From the NCBI GenBank assembly GCA_039804105.1, contig JBDRZU010000002.1, forward strand, positions 288,001-352,000: a stretch of DNA of 64,000 nt, written 5' to 3'. Positions within the stretch are counted from its first letter, which is position 1. Each line of letters begins with the position of its first letter. A program made the position numbers and the translations under genes. The notes below the pieces were generated by a model, which was not told where the DNA came from, searched no databases, and worked only from the letters and a program-made list of their open reading frames with translations. Positions 9,844 to 19,974 of this stretch are shown piece after piece. This DNA is from a candidate division WOR-3 bacterium (GTDB taxonomy: Bacteria; Hydrothermota; 32-111).

Positions 9844-10757
9844 TACTCTCCTAAATTTAAAAGTGGAACAAGATTCTTATCAAATGGAAGAATAACTATT
9901 TTAGAATTTTGCGTGTTCAAGAGTTCTTTAAGATTTTGAATGTAGTACCATTGCAAATATTGTTTATTTAAGGATTCAGAAATCTTTTTCTGTGCCTGTG
10001 CTATACCTTCAGCTTCAATAAGTTTTCTTTCTTTTTCTTTCTTCTCCTTTTCAAGTATATATATCATTTTTTGAGATTCCTGTTCTGCTGCTATCTTTTC
10101 ATCTATTGCGTTTTTAACCCTTGTCGGAAGATCTATGTTTCTTAACAAAACTTTGTCAACGACTATACCTTTTTCACCAAGGTTTGAATAAAGTTCATCA
10201 AATATCTTTTTGGATAACTCTTCCCTTTTTTCCGAGAAAATTTCTGAAACGTTGTAAAGAACCGTCGCATTCCTTATCGAAGTTCTTATCGCTGGTCTTA
10301 CGATCTTTTCAACATAGTTTGTTCCGATGTTTTGATAGACATCAACAGCCCTCAAAGGGTCGAGTTTATACCATACACTTATGTCAAGAGAAATTGTCAA
10401 TCCATCCTTTGTCAGAGATGTTATAGCATCATCACCTTTTTTTACACCTTCTTCTTTCGCAATCGACATAGTATAATCCTGCGTTCTTACATCCATCATA
10501 ACAACTTGTACCAAAGGGAAAACAAGATGCAATCCATTTTTTAGAACTTTCTTATCAAGGTTACCAAAAAGGATTTGAACTCCAACATATCCAGGTTGAA
10601 CGATTCTAATGGAACTTATAAAAATAAAAAAAGTAAGAAGAACTGTGAGAACTATAATAAAATTTTTTCTGTTTACATATTTGATTTTCAATCCAGAATT
10701 ATAAGCGATTATATAACCAATAACCAAAATCATTATAAAAACAATAATAAAGAACAT
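9843..10757 (-). CDS. SPFH/prohibitin (band 7) family protein
   Basis: Two N-terminal TMs, IVQPGYVGV, LTKDGL, VLLRNIDLP, AIDEKIAAEQE, IEAEG. Confidence 0.92.
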   Translation of the reverse strand: MFFIIVFIMILVIGYIIAYNSGLKIKYVNRKNFIIVLTVLLTFFIFISSIRIVQPGYVGVQILFGNLDKKVLKNGLHLVFPLVQVVMMDVRTQDYTMSIAKEEGVKKGDDAITSLTKDGLTISLDISVWYKLDPLRAVDVYQNIGTNYVEKIVRPAIRTSIRNATVLYNVSEIFSEKREELSKKIFDELYSNLGEKGIVVDKVLLRNIDLPTRVKNAIDEKIAAEQESQKMIYILEKEKKEKERKLIEAEGIAQAQKKISESLNKQYLQWYYIQNLKELLNTQNSKIVILPFDKNLVPLLNLGE

Positions 10758-11357
10758 TTATCCTCCTTTTTTAACTCTGTTAAAGATTTCCTGAACATCT
10801 TCAAAATTAAACCCTTTTCTATAATATTTTTGAACAAGTTTCTCATCCAATCTTTTTTCTCTCCTTATTAAATTTTCAAGAACATTTCTTTCATCATAAT
10901 CCTCAAGATATTCTTTTAAAAAAATATTATCCAAACCCTTTTTGAATTTTAAATATAATTTGGATTCTATTTCTTTTTTTGAATATTTTTGTTGAGATTT
11001 TAAATAATCAAGATAATCTTTTATAAATTTGCTATCATCGACCAGTCCATTCTCTTTTAACTCATTCAACAAACTTTCTATCGTTTCTTTGTCAACTTTT
11101 CTGAAAAAAAGTTTATCCCTTATCTGGTTTTCTGTGTAGCGTTTTTTAGAAAGTATTCTGTAAATATATCTTTTTGAGTCAAATATCTGTGTTTCTTTTT
11201 TTACAGATTCAATCCAGTTACAATTTACTTCTTTCCCAGCAAAAATATCAAATTTTAGTAAAAGTTGATCATATGTTGAAAAAGAATATCCTCCATCAAC
11301 AAAAACATTAACTTTCTCTTTATTTTTCTTTGCTCTCTCGATTTTTGTTATCTTCAA
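10758..11357 (-). CDS. recX: Regulatory protein RecX
   Basis: Overlaps the recA 3' end. MKITKIE...VNVFVDG N-terminus, [15 protein letters not shown]. Confidence 0.8.
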   Translation of the reverse strand: MKITKIERAKKNKEKVNVFVDGGYSFSTYDQLLLKFDIFAGKEVNCNWIESVKKETQIFDSKRYIYRILSKKRYTENQIRDKLFFRKVDKETIESLLNELKENGLVDDSKFIKDYLDYLKSQQKYSKKEIESKLYLKFKKGLDNIFLKEYLEDYDERNVLENLIRREKRLDEKLVQKYYRKGFNFEDVQEIFNRVKKGG

Positions 11358-12345
11358 CTATCATCCCCAGTGCTTTTCTTATTTTTAATTCGATCTCATC
11401 CGCTATTTTTTTATTTTCTTTTAAAAATTGCCTTACATTCTCCTTCCCTTGACCAAGTTTTATATCACCATAGGAAAACCATGCACCTGTCTTTTCAATG
11501 ATGTTTAAACTCGTTCCAAGATCAACGATTTCACCATCTTTAGATATACCTTCTCCAAAATATATTGACACAAGAGCTTTTTTGAAAGGTGGTGCAACCT
11601 TGTTCTTAACGACTTTAACCTCTATGTTGTTTCCAACTTCATCTTCACCAACTTTTATAGAACTTATCCTTCTTACTTCTAATCTCACGGATGCATGGAA
11701 TTTGAGAGCCAAACCTCCAGGAGTTGTCATCGGATTTCCAAACATCACTCCGATTTTGTATCTGACCTGATTGATGAATATCACAGCAGTTTTGGATCTG
11801 TTGATAACGGCTGTCAACTTTCTCAACGCCTGTGACATCAACCTCGCCTGTAATCCCATATGGGAATCACCCATATCACCTTCTATCTCAGCTTTTGGAA
11901 CAAGAGCAGCGACAGAATCTATCACAACAACATCAATACTCCCACTGCTCACAAGTTTTTCTGTTATCTCAAGTGCCTGTTCTCCAGTATCAGGTTGGGA
12001 TACTAAAAGATTATCTATATCGACTCCAATCTTTGTAGCATACACAGGATCAAGTGCATGTTCAGCATCTATATATGCTGCCATTCCCCCATTCTTCTGT
12101 GCCTGTGCCACAACCTGCAATGCGAGTGTCGTTTTTCCACTTGATTCTGCTCCATATATTTCAACGATTCTTCCTCTCGGAATACCACCAACACCGAGTG
12201 CAGCATCTATAGCAATCGATCCAGTTGAAATGATATCTCCCGCCATCATCGCTTTATCACCAAGACGCATTATCGCACCTTTCCCAAAATCTTTTTCTAT
12301 CTGTTTGAGTGTCATTTCAAGTGACTTCATTTTGTTGTTATCCAT
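11320..12345 (-). CDS. recA: Recombinase RecA
   Basis: [49 protein letters not shown]. Confidence 0.99.
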   Translation of the reverse strand: MDNNKMKSLEMTLKQIEKDFGKGAIMRLGDKAMMAGDIISTGSIAIDAALGVGGIPRGRIVEIYGAESSGKTTLALQVVAQAQKNGGMAAYIDAEHALDPVYATKIGVDIDNLLVSQPDTGEQALEITEKLVSSGSIDVVVIDSVAALVPKAEIEGDMGDSHMGLQARLMSQALRKLTAVINRSKTAVIFINQVRYKIGVMFGNPMTTPGGLALKFHASVRLEVRRISSIKVGEDEVGNNIEVKVVKNKVAPPFKKALVSIYFGEGISKDGEIVDLGTSLNIIEKTGAWFSYGDIKLGQGKENVRQFLKENKKIADEIELKIRKALGMIVEDNKNRESKEK

Positions 12346-12347
12346 AT

Positions 12348-12914
12348 CTATACCTCCTGATTTATTTCATGTAGTGGAATGTAGAACGGTTGATTATCAA
12401 CAAATTTTGATTCGTATAAAATAAGTGTATTGATAAAATATCTTTTTGGTTCAAAAAAAGTTTTCTTTTCATTTACAAACTTGTACAATAGATTTCCATC
12501 ATATCCTTCTTTTATCCTTGCGATTGTTATGTGCGCATTGAAGCTTTTTCTATCAAAGTCGATTCCCTTTTTTATAAGATTTTCCCTTATCGATCCAACA
12601 GTATCTTTAAGTTCATCTGAAACTTCAAGAGAGTAAAAAAATATTGCTGGATAGTTGTTTTTATTAAAGAATTTTAACCCTTCACCTTTTAACTGCATAG
12701 ATTTAAAATTAACTGAGTTCATAACTTCGATTATCTGGGGAACAATTTTTTCGTCAACCTGACCTAAAAATGCAACAGTTATATGCATATTTTCTGGCTT
12801 AACCCAGTTGACACCTTTCAGATCGAGATTATTTCTTATCTTGTGTTGAACAAGCAAAAGTTCGTTCTTCAGATCGGATGGAATTTTAAAAGCGATGAAT
12901 AATCTTTTACTCAT
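12348..12914 (-). CDS. thpR: RNA 2',3'-cyclic phosphodiesterase (2H family)
   Basis: RLFIA start and two HxT motifs ([16 protein letters not shown]). Typical cinA-thpR-recA context. Confidence 0.9.
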   Translation of the reverse strand: MSKRLFIAFKIPSDLKNELLLVQHKIRNNLDLKGVNWVKPENMHITVAFLGQVDEKIVPQIIEVMNSVNFKSMQLKGEGLKFFNKNNYPAIFFYSLEVSDELKDTVGSIRENLIKKGIDFDRKSFNAHITIARIKEGYDGNLLYKFVNEKKTFFEPKRYFINTLILYESKFVDNQPFYIPLHEINQEV

Positions 12915-14091
12915 CCTTTATCCTCCTTAAAATTGAAAACATTGATAGATTAATAGATTTTTTTCTAACAACATCTCTGCTTCCTGAAAAAAGATACTTT
13001 TCAGTTTCAACTTTACCTTTATAAAAAGTTGAAATAAAAACGGTCCCAACCGGCTTTTCAACACTTCCACCTGATGGTCCAGCTATACCTGTTATTGAAA
13101 CGGAAATATCCGATTTAAAAATTTTAGCACAGTTTTTTGCCATATTAGAGGAAACCTCTTCTGAAACAGCTCCATATTGTTTTAAAAGTCTTTGATCAAC
13201 TTTCAGCAAATTCTTTTTTGACTCGTTTGAATAAACAACCACTCCTCCAAGAAAAAAACTACTCGATCCTTCAACATCGGTTAACTTTTTAGCTAAAAAA
13301 CCTCCTGTACATGATTCTGCAACAGAGAGTGATAAATTTCTTTTTTTCAATTCTTCTTTTAAATATACCACCAAACTCTTCGAGCCAGTTTCAAGAAAAT
13401 CTTTATTAAATTTTATTTTCAGAAATTTTAAAATATCCCTATCTGGAAAAAAAAGATCGATAAATCCAAAAGATGGATAAAAATGGACTTTCGATAACCG
13501 TTTTGAATCAAATTTTTCTTTTAAAACTTGGTAGATATAGCTTTCTGTTGTGTTAAAAATTTTCAGGTTGTACTCAACTGTGATTTTTTTATCTGGAATC
13601 AAGTTTTCAAGGACATTCTCTATTATCCACTCTACTTCCCTTACTACACCAGGTAATAAAAATATTTTAACTTTACCATATTTCAAGAAATGACAGAACG
13701 CTATCCCTGCTTTGTTCTCAAAAATTTTCGAACCTTCGATTATTCTTGATTGTCTGTTGATTATATCATCCGATACATTTTTCATTTTCTTTGATGCCTT
13801 CCTAAAAATTTCTTCAGAAAAAACAACTTTTCTTCTTAAAGAACTCGCAACAGCATCAAGTGTTATATCATCAGGTGTTGGACCAAGTCCGCCGGTTATT
13901 ATTATAAAGTTTGAATCTTTTAGTAAAATTTTTAAAACATGATCGATACTTCGGTAATTGTCTCCAACAATAAATTTCCCTACAATTTCATATCCTTTTC
14001 TAATGAAAAAATTTGAAATGATAGATGAGTTACTTTCAGTGATCTGGTTTTTTAAAATTTCATCTCCAACGATTATTATTGAAACTTTCAT
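12907..14091 (-). CDS. cinA: CinA family protein (molybdopterin-binding-like domain plus NMN deamidase)
   Basis: IVGDEIL, TGGLGPTPDDIT, LPGV, SVAESCTGG, ITGIAGPSGG, KPVGTV. Confidence 0.92.
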   Translation of the reverse strand: MKVSIIIVGDEILKNQITESNSSIISNFFIRKGYEIVGKFIVGDNYRSIDHVLKILLKDSNFIIITGGLGPTPDDITLDAVASSLRRKVVFSEEIFRKASKKMKNVSDDIINRQSRIIEGSKIFENKAGIAFCHFLKYGKVKIFLLPGVVREVEWIIENVLENLIPDKKITVEYNLKIFNTTESYIYQVLKEKFDSKRLSKVHFYPSFGFIDLFFPDRDILKFLKIKFNKDFLETGSKSLVVYLKEELKKRNLSLSVAESCTGGFLAKKLTDVEGSSSFFLGGVVVYSNESKKNLLKVDQRLLKQYGAVSEEVSSNMAKNCAKIFKSDISVSITGIAGPSGGSVEKPVGTVFISTFYKGKVETEKYLFSGSRDVVRKKSINLSMFSILRRIKDE

Positions 14092-14528
14092 ATAACCAGG
14101 ATAATCAATTGTGTTATAAGATTTGCAATAATACCAGCCATTATATCATCAAGTATTATTCCGGTTGGGCCTTCAATATTTTCAAATTTATCAAGAAAGA
14201 ATATTTTCGAAATATCAAGATATCTGAAGATCAGTATTGAAAAAAACATGACAAAAAAATTTTTAGGTAAAAACATCACCGATATTAACGCTCCAAGAAG
14301 TTCGTCAACTACTATTTTTCTATCATCTCCAGAAAATTTTTTTGAATTGGATATACTCACATAAGAAAGAAAAAGAATAAAAACAAAAAGATAATAGATG
14401 ATAAAAAAATTAACATTCTTGAAAAAAAACAATAACAAAAAGAAGAGAAAAGATACTATCGTTCCACCACCTTTGATATATCCAATAAAAAAAACCGTAT
14501 TAACGATTGAATATAAAATCTCTATCAT
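14088..14528 (-). CDS. pgpA: Phosphatidylglycerophosphatase A
   Basis: IVVDELLG, FRYLDISK, GIILDDIMAG in a small membrane protein. Confidence 0.88.
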   Translation of the reverse strand: MIEILYSIVNTVFFIGYIKGGGTIVSFLFFLLLFFFKNVNFFIIYYLFVFILFLSYVSISNSKKFSGDDRKIVVDELLGALISVMFLPKNFFVMFFSILIFRYLDISKIFFLDKFENIEGPTGIILDDIMAGIIANLITQLIILVI

Positions 14529-15262
14529 CTGTAAATTTCTGGAATCTTTTTAAGTTCTTTTATCTCTTCCTGTGAAAAAAGTGAGAGATAATTCAGAATT
14601 ATTATTATTCTTTTCTCCTTTTTAAAAATTCCAACACCTTCTATGTATTTCAACTTTTCCTCAGGTAAAAAAGGTGGGATTTTCTTTATATCAGATTTTT
14701 CCATTTTCACAATACCAATAAGTTTATCAACATAAAAACCTATTCTTAAATCATCAAGTTTCATTATAACTATCGATCCATTCTCATTTCTCTTATTTAG
14801 TTTTAAACCAAATTTCTCTCTGAGATCAAAAAGAGGTAGAAATCCTTCTTTGTCATTTAAAACTCCAAAGAAACTTTTACTTTTTATTCCAATATCAAGT
14901 GGATCTTTGTATTTAATTATCTGCTTTACAAGATCTGAATCTATACCATATTCTTCCTCATCCAATTTGAAAGATACATATTCTTTTTCCTCTTCGAACT
15001 CATTCTCTTTTTTTGAAATTTGCTTTTCTAAAAGAAATATGTTTTCTTCCCTTTTTTGTTCAACTGTTTCAAAATCTTGATTGTTTTCATTTATAATATC
15101 CATCTTCCTATCAGAAGAGTTTTCTTCTTTGATCTCTTTTTTCTCATACTCTTCGGTTTTCATGGTACCATTTTCATTTTGTTCTTTGAGTTTTTCCTTT
15201 TTATCTTCAGTTTTATGTTTATCACTTTTGAAAAGAGAAGAAAGGTCAACTTTCTTTTTCAT
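14525..15262 (-). CDS. cheW: CheW-like coupling protein with a long charged N-terminal extension
   Basis: YVSFKLDEEEYGI, GVLN...LPLFDLREKFGL, IGFYVDKL, YIEGV. The first ~90 aa are E/K-rich low complexity. Confidence 0.85.
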   Translation of the reverse strand: MKKKVDLSSLFKSDKHKTEDKKEKLKEQNENGTMKTEEYEKKEIKEENSSDRKMDIINENNQDFETVEQKREENIFLLEKQISKKENEFEEEKEYVSFKLDEEEYGIDSDLVKQIIKYKDPLDIGIKSKSFFGVLNDKEGFLPLFDLREKFGLKLNKRNENGSIVIMKLDDLRIGFYVDKLIGIVKMEKSDIKKIPPFLPEEKLKYIEGVGIFKKEKRIIIILNYLSLFSQEEIKELKKIPEIYR

Positions 15263-16091
15263 ATTTTTCCCCCAGAATCTCTTTTAATTTGAGTTCGGCT
15301 TTTTGAGCCCATTTACTGAATCTATTCTTTTTAATCAATTCTTTTAAAATTGTAATACCTTTTTTTTCCATTCCTGCGGAGAGATGAACAAGTCCAAGAT
15401 AATAATAAGCTTCAAGATGGTTTGGCCCAAGTTGGATAGTATCTTTGAGAAACTTTATAGAATCATCATACATCTCCCTTTCCATATAGATAAGGCCAAG
15501 ATAAAAGTTCGCATACATCAAAGCAACCCTGTCCTTCGAATTTTTTAAAACATATGTTAAATGTTCTATAGCTTCTCCGTATATGCCTTTTTTGAAACAG
15601 ACAAAACCAAGATTATTTTTGGCAATCGAATTTTCAGGATCTATCTGTAAAACTTTTTGAAAAACTATCATCGCATCATCATATCTTTCCTTATTTATAT
15701 ATGCCCATCCGAGAAGATCAAGTGTTTTAACATCTTTTGGAGCAAGAGAACTTGCCTTTTCCAAAACCTCTATTGCATCATCGTATTGTTCTTCCACGAG
15801 AAAGTTCCACCCTTTATCTATGTAGGTCGATAGATCAACTTTTGATATTCTAATGTTCTGAACAAAATTTTCAAATGAACTCTTATCCATTTTTTTTGTT
15901 TTTAACTTTTTTGCAAGTTCCTTTATTTTTATATCCGTTTGGACAAGAAAATCATTGAGTTCAAGTATTTCTTTATGAAGATTTACTATTTGATTTTTAA
16001 CACTCTTTTCATCATAAGAATTCGTATCGATCTGGGATGATAAAATGTCAATCTCTTTTTCAAGATCTCTTTTAAATTCTTTAAATTTCAT
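15246..16091 (-). CDS. Coiled-coil plus TPR protein
   Basis: N-terminal heptad-like helix, then about 5 TPRs (LLGWAYI, NNLGFVCF, FYLGLIY, AYYYLGL). Confidence 0.85.
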   Translation of the reverse strand: MKFKEFKRDLEKEIDILSSQIDTNSYDEKSVKNQIVNLHKEILELNDFLVQTDIKIKELAKKLKTKKMDKSSFENFVQNIRISKVDLSTYIDKGWNFLVEEQYDDAIEVLEKASSLAPKDVKTLDLLGWAYINKERYDDAMIVFQKVLQIDPENSIAKNNLGFVCFKKGIYGEAIEHLTYVLKNSKDRVALMYANFYLGLIYMEREMYDDSIKFLKDTIQLGPNHLEAYYYLGLVHLSAGMEKKGITILKELIKKNRFSKWAQKAELKLKEILGEKYEKES

Positions 16092-17112
16092 TTAAAAGTT
16101 CCTCTATCTTTTTTGCTATATATTTTCTATCTAAAACAAAATCTACAGCACCAGTTTCCTCAGCAGATTTTGGCATTCCATAGATAAGAGCACTCTCTTT
16201 TGATTCCACTATATTTTTTCCATTCATTTTTTTTATAATTTTAACCCCTTCACTTCCATCTTTACCCATACCTGTTAGAACAACACCGATAATTCTATTT
16301 TTAAAATATTTTACTGCAGAAATCATCATTATATCAGCAGATGGACGAACAGAATGGTATGGAGGATCATCCGTATGTATGATGTATCCGTTTTCATCAA
16401 ATACCATGTGTTTTCCACCCTGAGCTATAACACAATCACCATTTAGAAGTTTATAGTTATCATAGGATTCAAAAACATTCAGATTGGATATTGAATCAAG
16501 TCTTTCCGCAAAAGATTTTGTAAAACCAGCAGGCATATGTTGAACTATTGCAATCGCTCCATCGATATCATTCTTTATATTAGGTATTATATCCATCAGG
16601 GATTTAGGGCCTCCTGTTGAAGACGCTATAGCTACAAGTTTTGTAGCTTCAACTCTTTTTTTATTGAAAATTTTTTCATTTTTTTCAATTTCCAAAACCG
16701 ATTGATTCAAATTCATAAGATTGGCTTTTACACCTGTTTTTAATTTCACAATAATTTCATTTTTCTTTTCCTTATAATCTAAAGAGGATGGTTTTTCAAC
16801 AACATCTATTGCTCCAAGTTCAAGTGCTTTCAATGCGATTTTCGATCCAGTTTTTGTATATGAACTAACTATTAGAACCGGTAAACTTTTTATCCTCAGA
16901 ATATGTTGAAGTGCTATAAGACCATTCACTTTTGGCATCTCAATATCGAGTGTCACAATATCAGGATCAACTTCTCTTATTTTATCTATCGCTTCAAGTC
17001 CATCACTCGCTTCAGCAACCACTTCAAAATCCTCATCTGAATTTATTATATCCTTCAAAATTCTTCTAATCAAAGCGGAGTCATCAACCACAAGGACTTT
17101 AAACTTTTTCAA
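16081..17112 (-). CDS. cheB: Chemotaxis response regulator methylesterase CheB
   Basis: REC domain (VVDDS, TLDIEMP) plus esterase motifs ASSTGG, VQHMP, RPSAD, LTGMGKDG. Confidence 0.96.
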   Translation of the reverse strand: MKKFKVLVVDDSALIRRILKDIINSDEDFEVVAEASDGLEAIDKIREVDPDIVTLDIEMPKVNGLIALQHILRIKSLPVLIVSSYTKTGSKIALKALELGAIDVVEKPSSLDYKEKKNEIIVKLKTGVKANLMNLNQSVLEIEKNEKIFNKKRVEATKLVAIASSTGGPKSLMDIIPNIKNDIDGAIAIVQHMPAGFTKSFAERLDSISNLNVFESYDNYKLLNGDCVIAQGGKHMVFDENGYIIHTDDPPYHSVRPSADIMMISAVKYFKNRIIGVVLTGMGKDGSEGVKIIKKMNGKNIVESKESALIYGMPKSAEETGAVDFVLDRKYIAKKIEELLNEI

Positions 17113-17588
17113 ATGAAAATCTCCCCATTTTTAAACGAAATTACTCTTATGATACCATTTTTCACTGTAAATTCAACAGACCTACTATAATCACTACCAA
17201 CATCTTCAGCAACGATTGGAATCCTCAATTCTTTTAACATTTTTCTTGCCATTTCCACATTTCTATATCCTATAGAATCTTCTACACTCTTTATGAAAGT
17301 TGAAAACATATTTGCACCACCAACTATTTTTGATTCCATCCTGTATTTTTTTGCACCAAGTTGTTCCATCTCTAAAATAAGGTTTGAAAGCCCACTATCA
17401 CAGTATTTGTATGGGTTAAAAACAACATTTGAATAGGTTCGTGAAGGTAACATATAGTGGATCATTCCTCCTATCTTTTTTTCCCTATCAAATAAAGTTA
17501 AAGCAACACACGATCCAAGGCCTATCGTTTTTAAAACATCGTCTTCAAAACCTATATTAGCATCAGCTATCTTTATATTGATTATCAA
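17109..17588 (-). CDS. cheD: Chemoreceptor glutamine deamidase CheD
   Basis: TIGLGSCV, GGMIHYMLP, KIVGGANMF, IGYRN, AEDVG. Confidence 0.93.
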   Translation of the reverse strand: MIINIKIADANIGFEDDVLKTIGLGSCVALTLFDREKKIGGMIHYMLPSRTYSNVVFNPYKYCDSGLSNLILEMEQLGAKKYRMESKIVGGANMFSTFIKSVEDSIGYRNVEMARKMLKELRIPIVAEDVGSDYSRSVEFTVKNGIIRVISFKNGEIFI

Positions 17589-18381
17589 TTTTTTTAAAAA
17601 CCCTCTCTTTAATATTTATTGGTTTGTAAAGTATTTTTGTGTTACCTGTTAAAATTTCAACCTTCCCAAGAACAAGAAATCCATCAGGAAGTAAAAGTTC
17701 ATAGAATAAATTGAAAATTTTTTCCTGAAACTCTTTTGAAAAATATATGAGAACATTTCTACATATTATAAAATCAAATTTTCCGAGTGTAAAGAGTATA
17801 TTTTCCTCTTTTATATCAACAAGTTTAAAATAAACATTTTCTTTCAACGATTCATCTATTGAATAATAATCTCCCATCTTTTTAAAATATCTGTTAATCT
17901 CACTTTCAGTCAACTCTATAAGAGAATAATCTTTATAAAGTCCTATATTAGCTTTTTTTATAGCATCCTCATCAACATCGATTCCAACTATTTCATAGGT
18001 GAATTCATTTTTTAATTTTAACCTTTTTATTATCATATTCAAAGAATATACTTCTTCTCCAGTAGAACATCCCACACTTAAAATCCTTATTCTCTTCTTT
18101 TTTTTTATAATTTCGGGGAAAATAATCTCTTCAAGATAATCAAATGTTTCCCTATTTCTAAAAAACCTTGTAACATTTATCGTTAATGTTTCCTTTAATA
18201 TGTTCAATTCCTCTTTATCATTTTTTAAAAATTGTAGATACTCCATAAAAGATTTTTTGCCTGTTGCTCTCATTCTGACCATAAGCCTTCTTTTGAAAGG
18301 TCTCTCTTTGTAAATGTTACCATCGATGCCGATCTTTTGGCTTATATAATCAACAAGAATTTTATAATCTATTTCATCCAT
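17563..18381 (-). CDS. cheR: Protein-glutamate O-methyltransferase CheR
   Basis: TINVTRFFRN, SVGCSTGEEVYS, FDFIICRNVLIYF, LLPDGFLVLG. Confidence 0.95.
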   Translation of the reverse strand: MDEIDYKILVDYISQKIGIDGNIYKERPFKRRLMVRMRATGKKSFMEYLQFLKNDKEELNILKETLTINVTRFFRNRETFDYLEEIIFPEIIKKKKRIRILSVGCSTGEEVYSLNMIIKRLKLKNEFTYEIVGIDVDEDAIKKANIGLYKDYSLIELTESEINRYFKKMGDYYSIDESLKENVYFKLVDIKEENILFTLGKFDFIICRNVLIYFSKEFQEKIFNLFYELLLPDGFLVLGKVEILTGNTKILYKPINIKERVFKKIDNQYKDS

Positions 18382-19972
18382 TTCTAACAGTGTTAATTGT
18401 TTTTTTCAGTATTTCATTGTTGGGTTGCAGTTTTAAAGCTTCTTCCCAAAATTTTAGCGCATCCTCCTTTTTTCCTTTTCTATATTTGATATTTCCCAAT
18501 TTGTAAAAAACATCAAAATCTCCCTTATTCATATTCACGATCTGCTCAAGAACTATCTCAGCAGCCTCAAAATTTTTTTCCAAGAAGTAGAATTCAATCA
18601 ACGATTTATACGGTAAAACCTCATCACCACATACCTCTACACTCTTTTTCAAAAAATTTCCAGCACTTTCATATTTCCCAACAGCAAGATACATCTGTCC
18701 GAGATTATAATGATACTGCCATACTGAAGGGTCATTTTTGGAAAGTTCAAAAAATATTTCTGTTGCTTCGTTTATCATTCCATATTCAAAATATATCAAA
18801 CCCAAAAAATATTTTGCATATTTTAAACCTTTATCAATGTTTAAAGCCATCTTTAACTTTTCTTCTGCATCCGAAAAAAGATTTTCTTTGAAAAGGAGTA
18901 TACCATAGTTAGCAAGAATTTTGGGATTCTCGGGTTCCATCTTTACTGCTCTTTCATAAAACTCTTCAGCTCTTTCAAAAATTCCTAAACGTTCATATGT
19001 AAGAGCGATATTGTTAAATAGTGGAACACTCACAATACCCAATTTTAAAAGTTCCTCAAAATATTTTAAAGATTCATTGTAATCACGCATTCTAAAATAT
19101 ATGAGACCAAGATAAAAATATGCTTTTACATCACTCCTATCAAGTTGTATTATATGTTTAAATTCCCTTATCGCTTCTTCATACATTTCAGTCAAAAGAA
19201 AAGCAATACCAAGATTATAATGTTCCATTATCTTGTTCTGGGAATCGACGATCATCTCCGCACTCTTTTCCTCACCAGCATATATATAACCAAGTTTCAG
19301 TAAGGTATAAAGTTCCTTCCCTGTTTCATATTTTCCAACAGTTGATATTTCAAAAATCTCTTTAACGGTTTTGAATCCATCAACAAGTGAGAATACATAT
19401 CTCGTGATCTCATTATCTATCTCCTCTTCTTTTTTTATTCCCGTTTTCACAAGGACAGTTTTTTCCGAAGGCAATTCTTTTTCGATTATTGACCATTCAT
19501 CAATTTTTCTTGCCTCTTCAAGAAGAACATCATCAGCTTCTATTTCAACCGTAATCGTTTCGGTAACAGGTTCGATATTTGGCTCAAAGTTAAAAAATCC
19601 AGTTTTCCAAGTCAAAAGAGTGAAAATACTATCGGTAATCTGTTGTTTTATCCTTTTTTCAAGAACCTCTTTTGAAACAAAATTCATCTCAACGAGTATA
19701 TCACCGAGTCTTTTTTTCGATTTTATTTCCTCCTGATATTCAAGTGCTTTTTCCAATTGCTCTTTTGTGATATCGTTTGATTTTAACAGAAGATTCCCAA
19801 TCCTTTCCTCTCTGTTAACAATAGAACAATAAATTATTTTACCATCCTTGAAAAATATATCTCCAAAATTTTTCTTATCCGATACACTTAAAACTCCTGT
19901 CTTCCTCCCAAGAGAAAGTAACTGTATTATATCGGGTAAAGATGCTTCCTGTAAATTTCCCCTTATAGCCAT
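18374..19972 (-). CDS. DUF4388 (PatA-N-like) domain plus TPR protein
   Basis: AIRGNLQEASLPDIIQLL...GRKTGVL, RLGDILVEMNFVS, WKTGFFNF, LLEEARKIDEW, then about 8 TPRs. Confidence 0.88.
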   Translation of the reverse strand: MAIRGNLQEASLPDIIQLLSLGRKTGVLSVSDKKNFGDIFFKDGKIIYCSIVNREERIGNLLLKSNDITKEQLEKALEYQEEIKSKKRLGDILVEMNFVSKEVLEKRIKQQITDSIFTLLTWKTGFFNFEPNIEPVTETITVEIEADDVLLEEARKIDEWSIIEKELPSEKTVLVKTGIKKEEEIDNEITRYVFSLVDGFKTVKEIFEISTVGKYETGKELYTLLKLGYIYAGEEKSAEMIVDSQNKIMEHYNLGIAFLLTEMYEEAIREFKHIIQLDRSDVKAYFYLGLIYFRMRDYNESLKYFEELLKLGIVSVPLFNNIALTYERLGIFERAEEFYERAVKMEPENPKILANYGILLFKENLFSDAEEKLKMALNIDKGLKYAKYFLGLIYFEYGMINEATEIFFELSKNDPSVWQYHYNLGQMYLAVGKYESAGNFLKKSVEVCGDEVLPYKSLIEFYFLEKNFEAAEIVLEQIVNMNKGDFDVFYKLGNIKYRKGKKEDALKFWEEALKLQPNNEILKKTINTVRNG

Positions 19973-19974
19973 TT

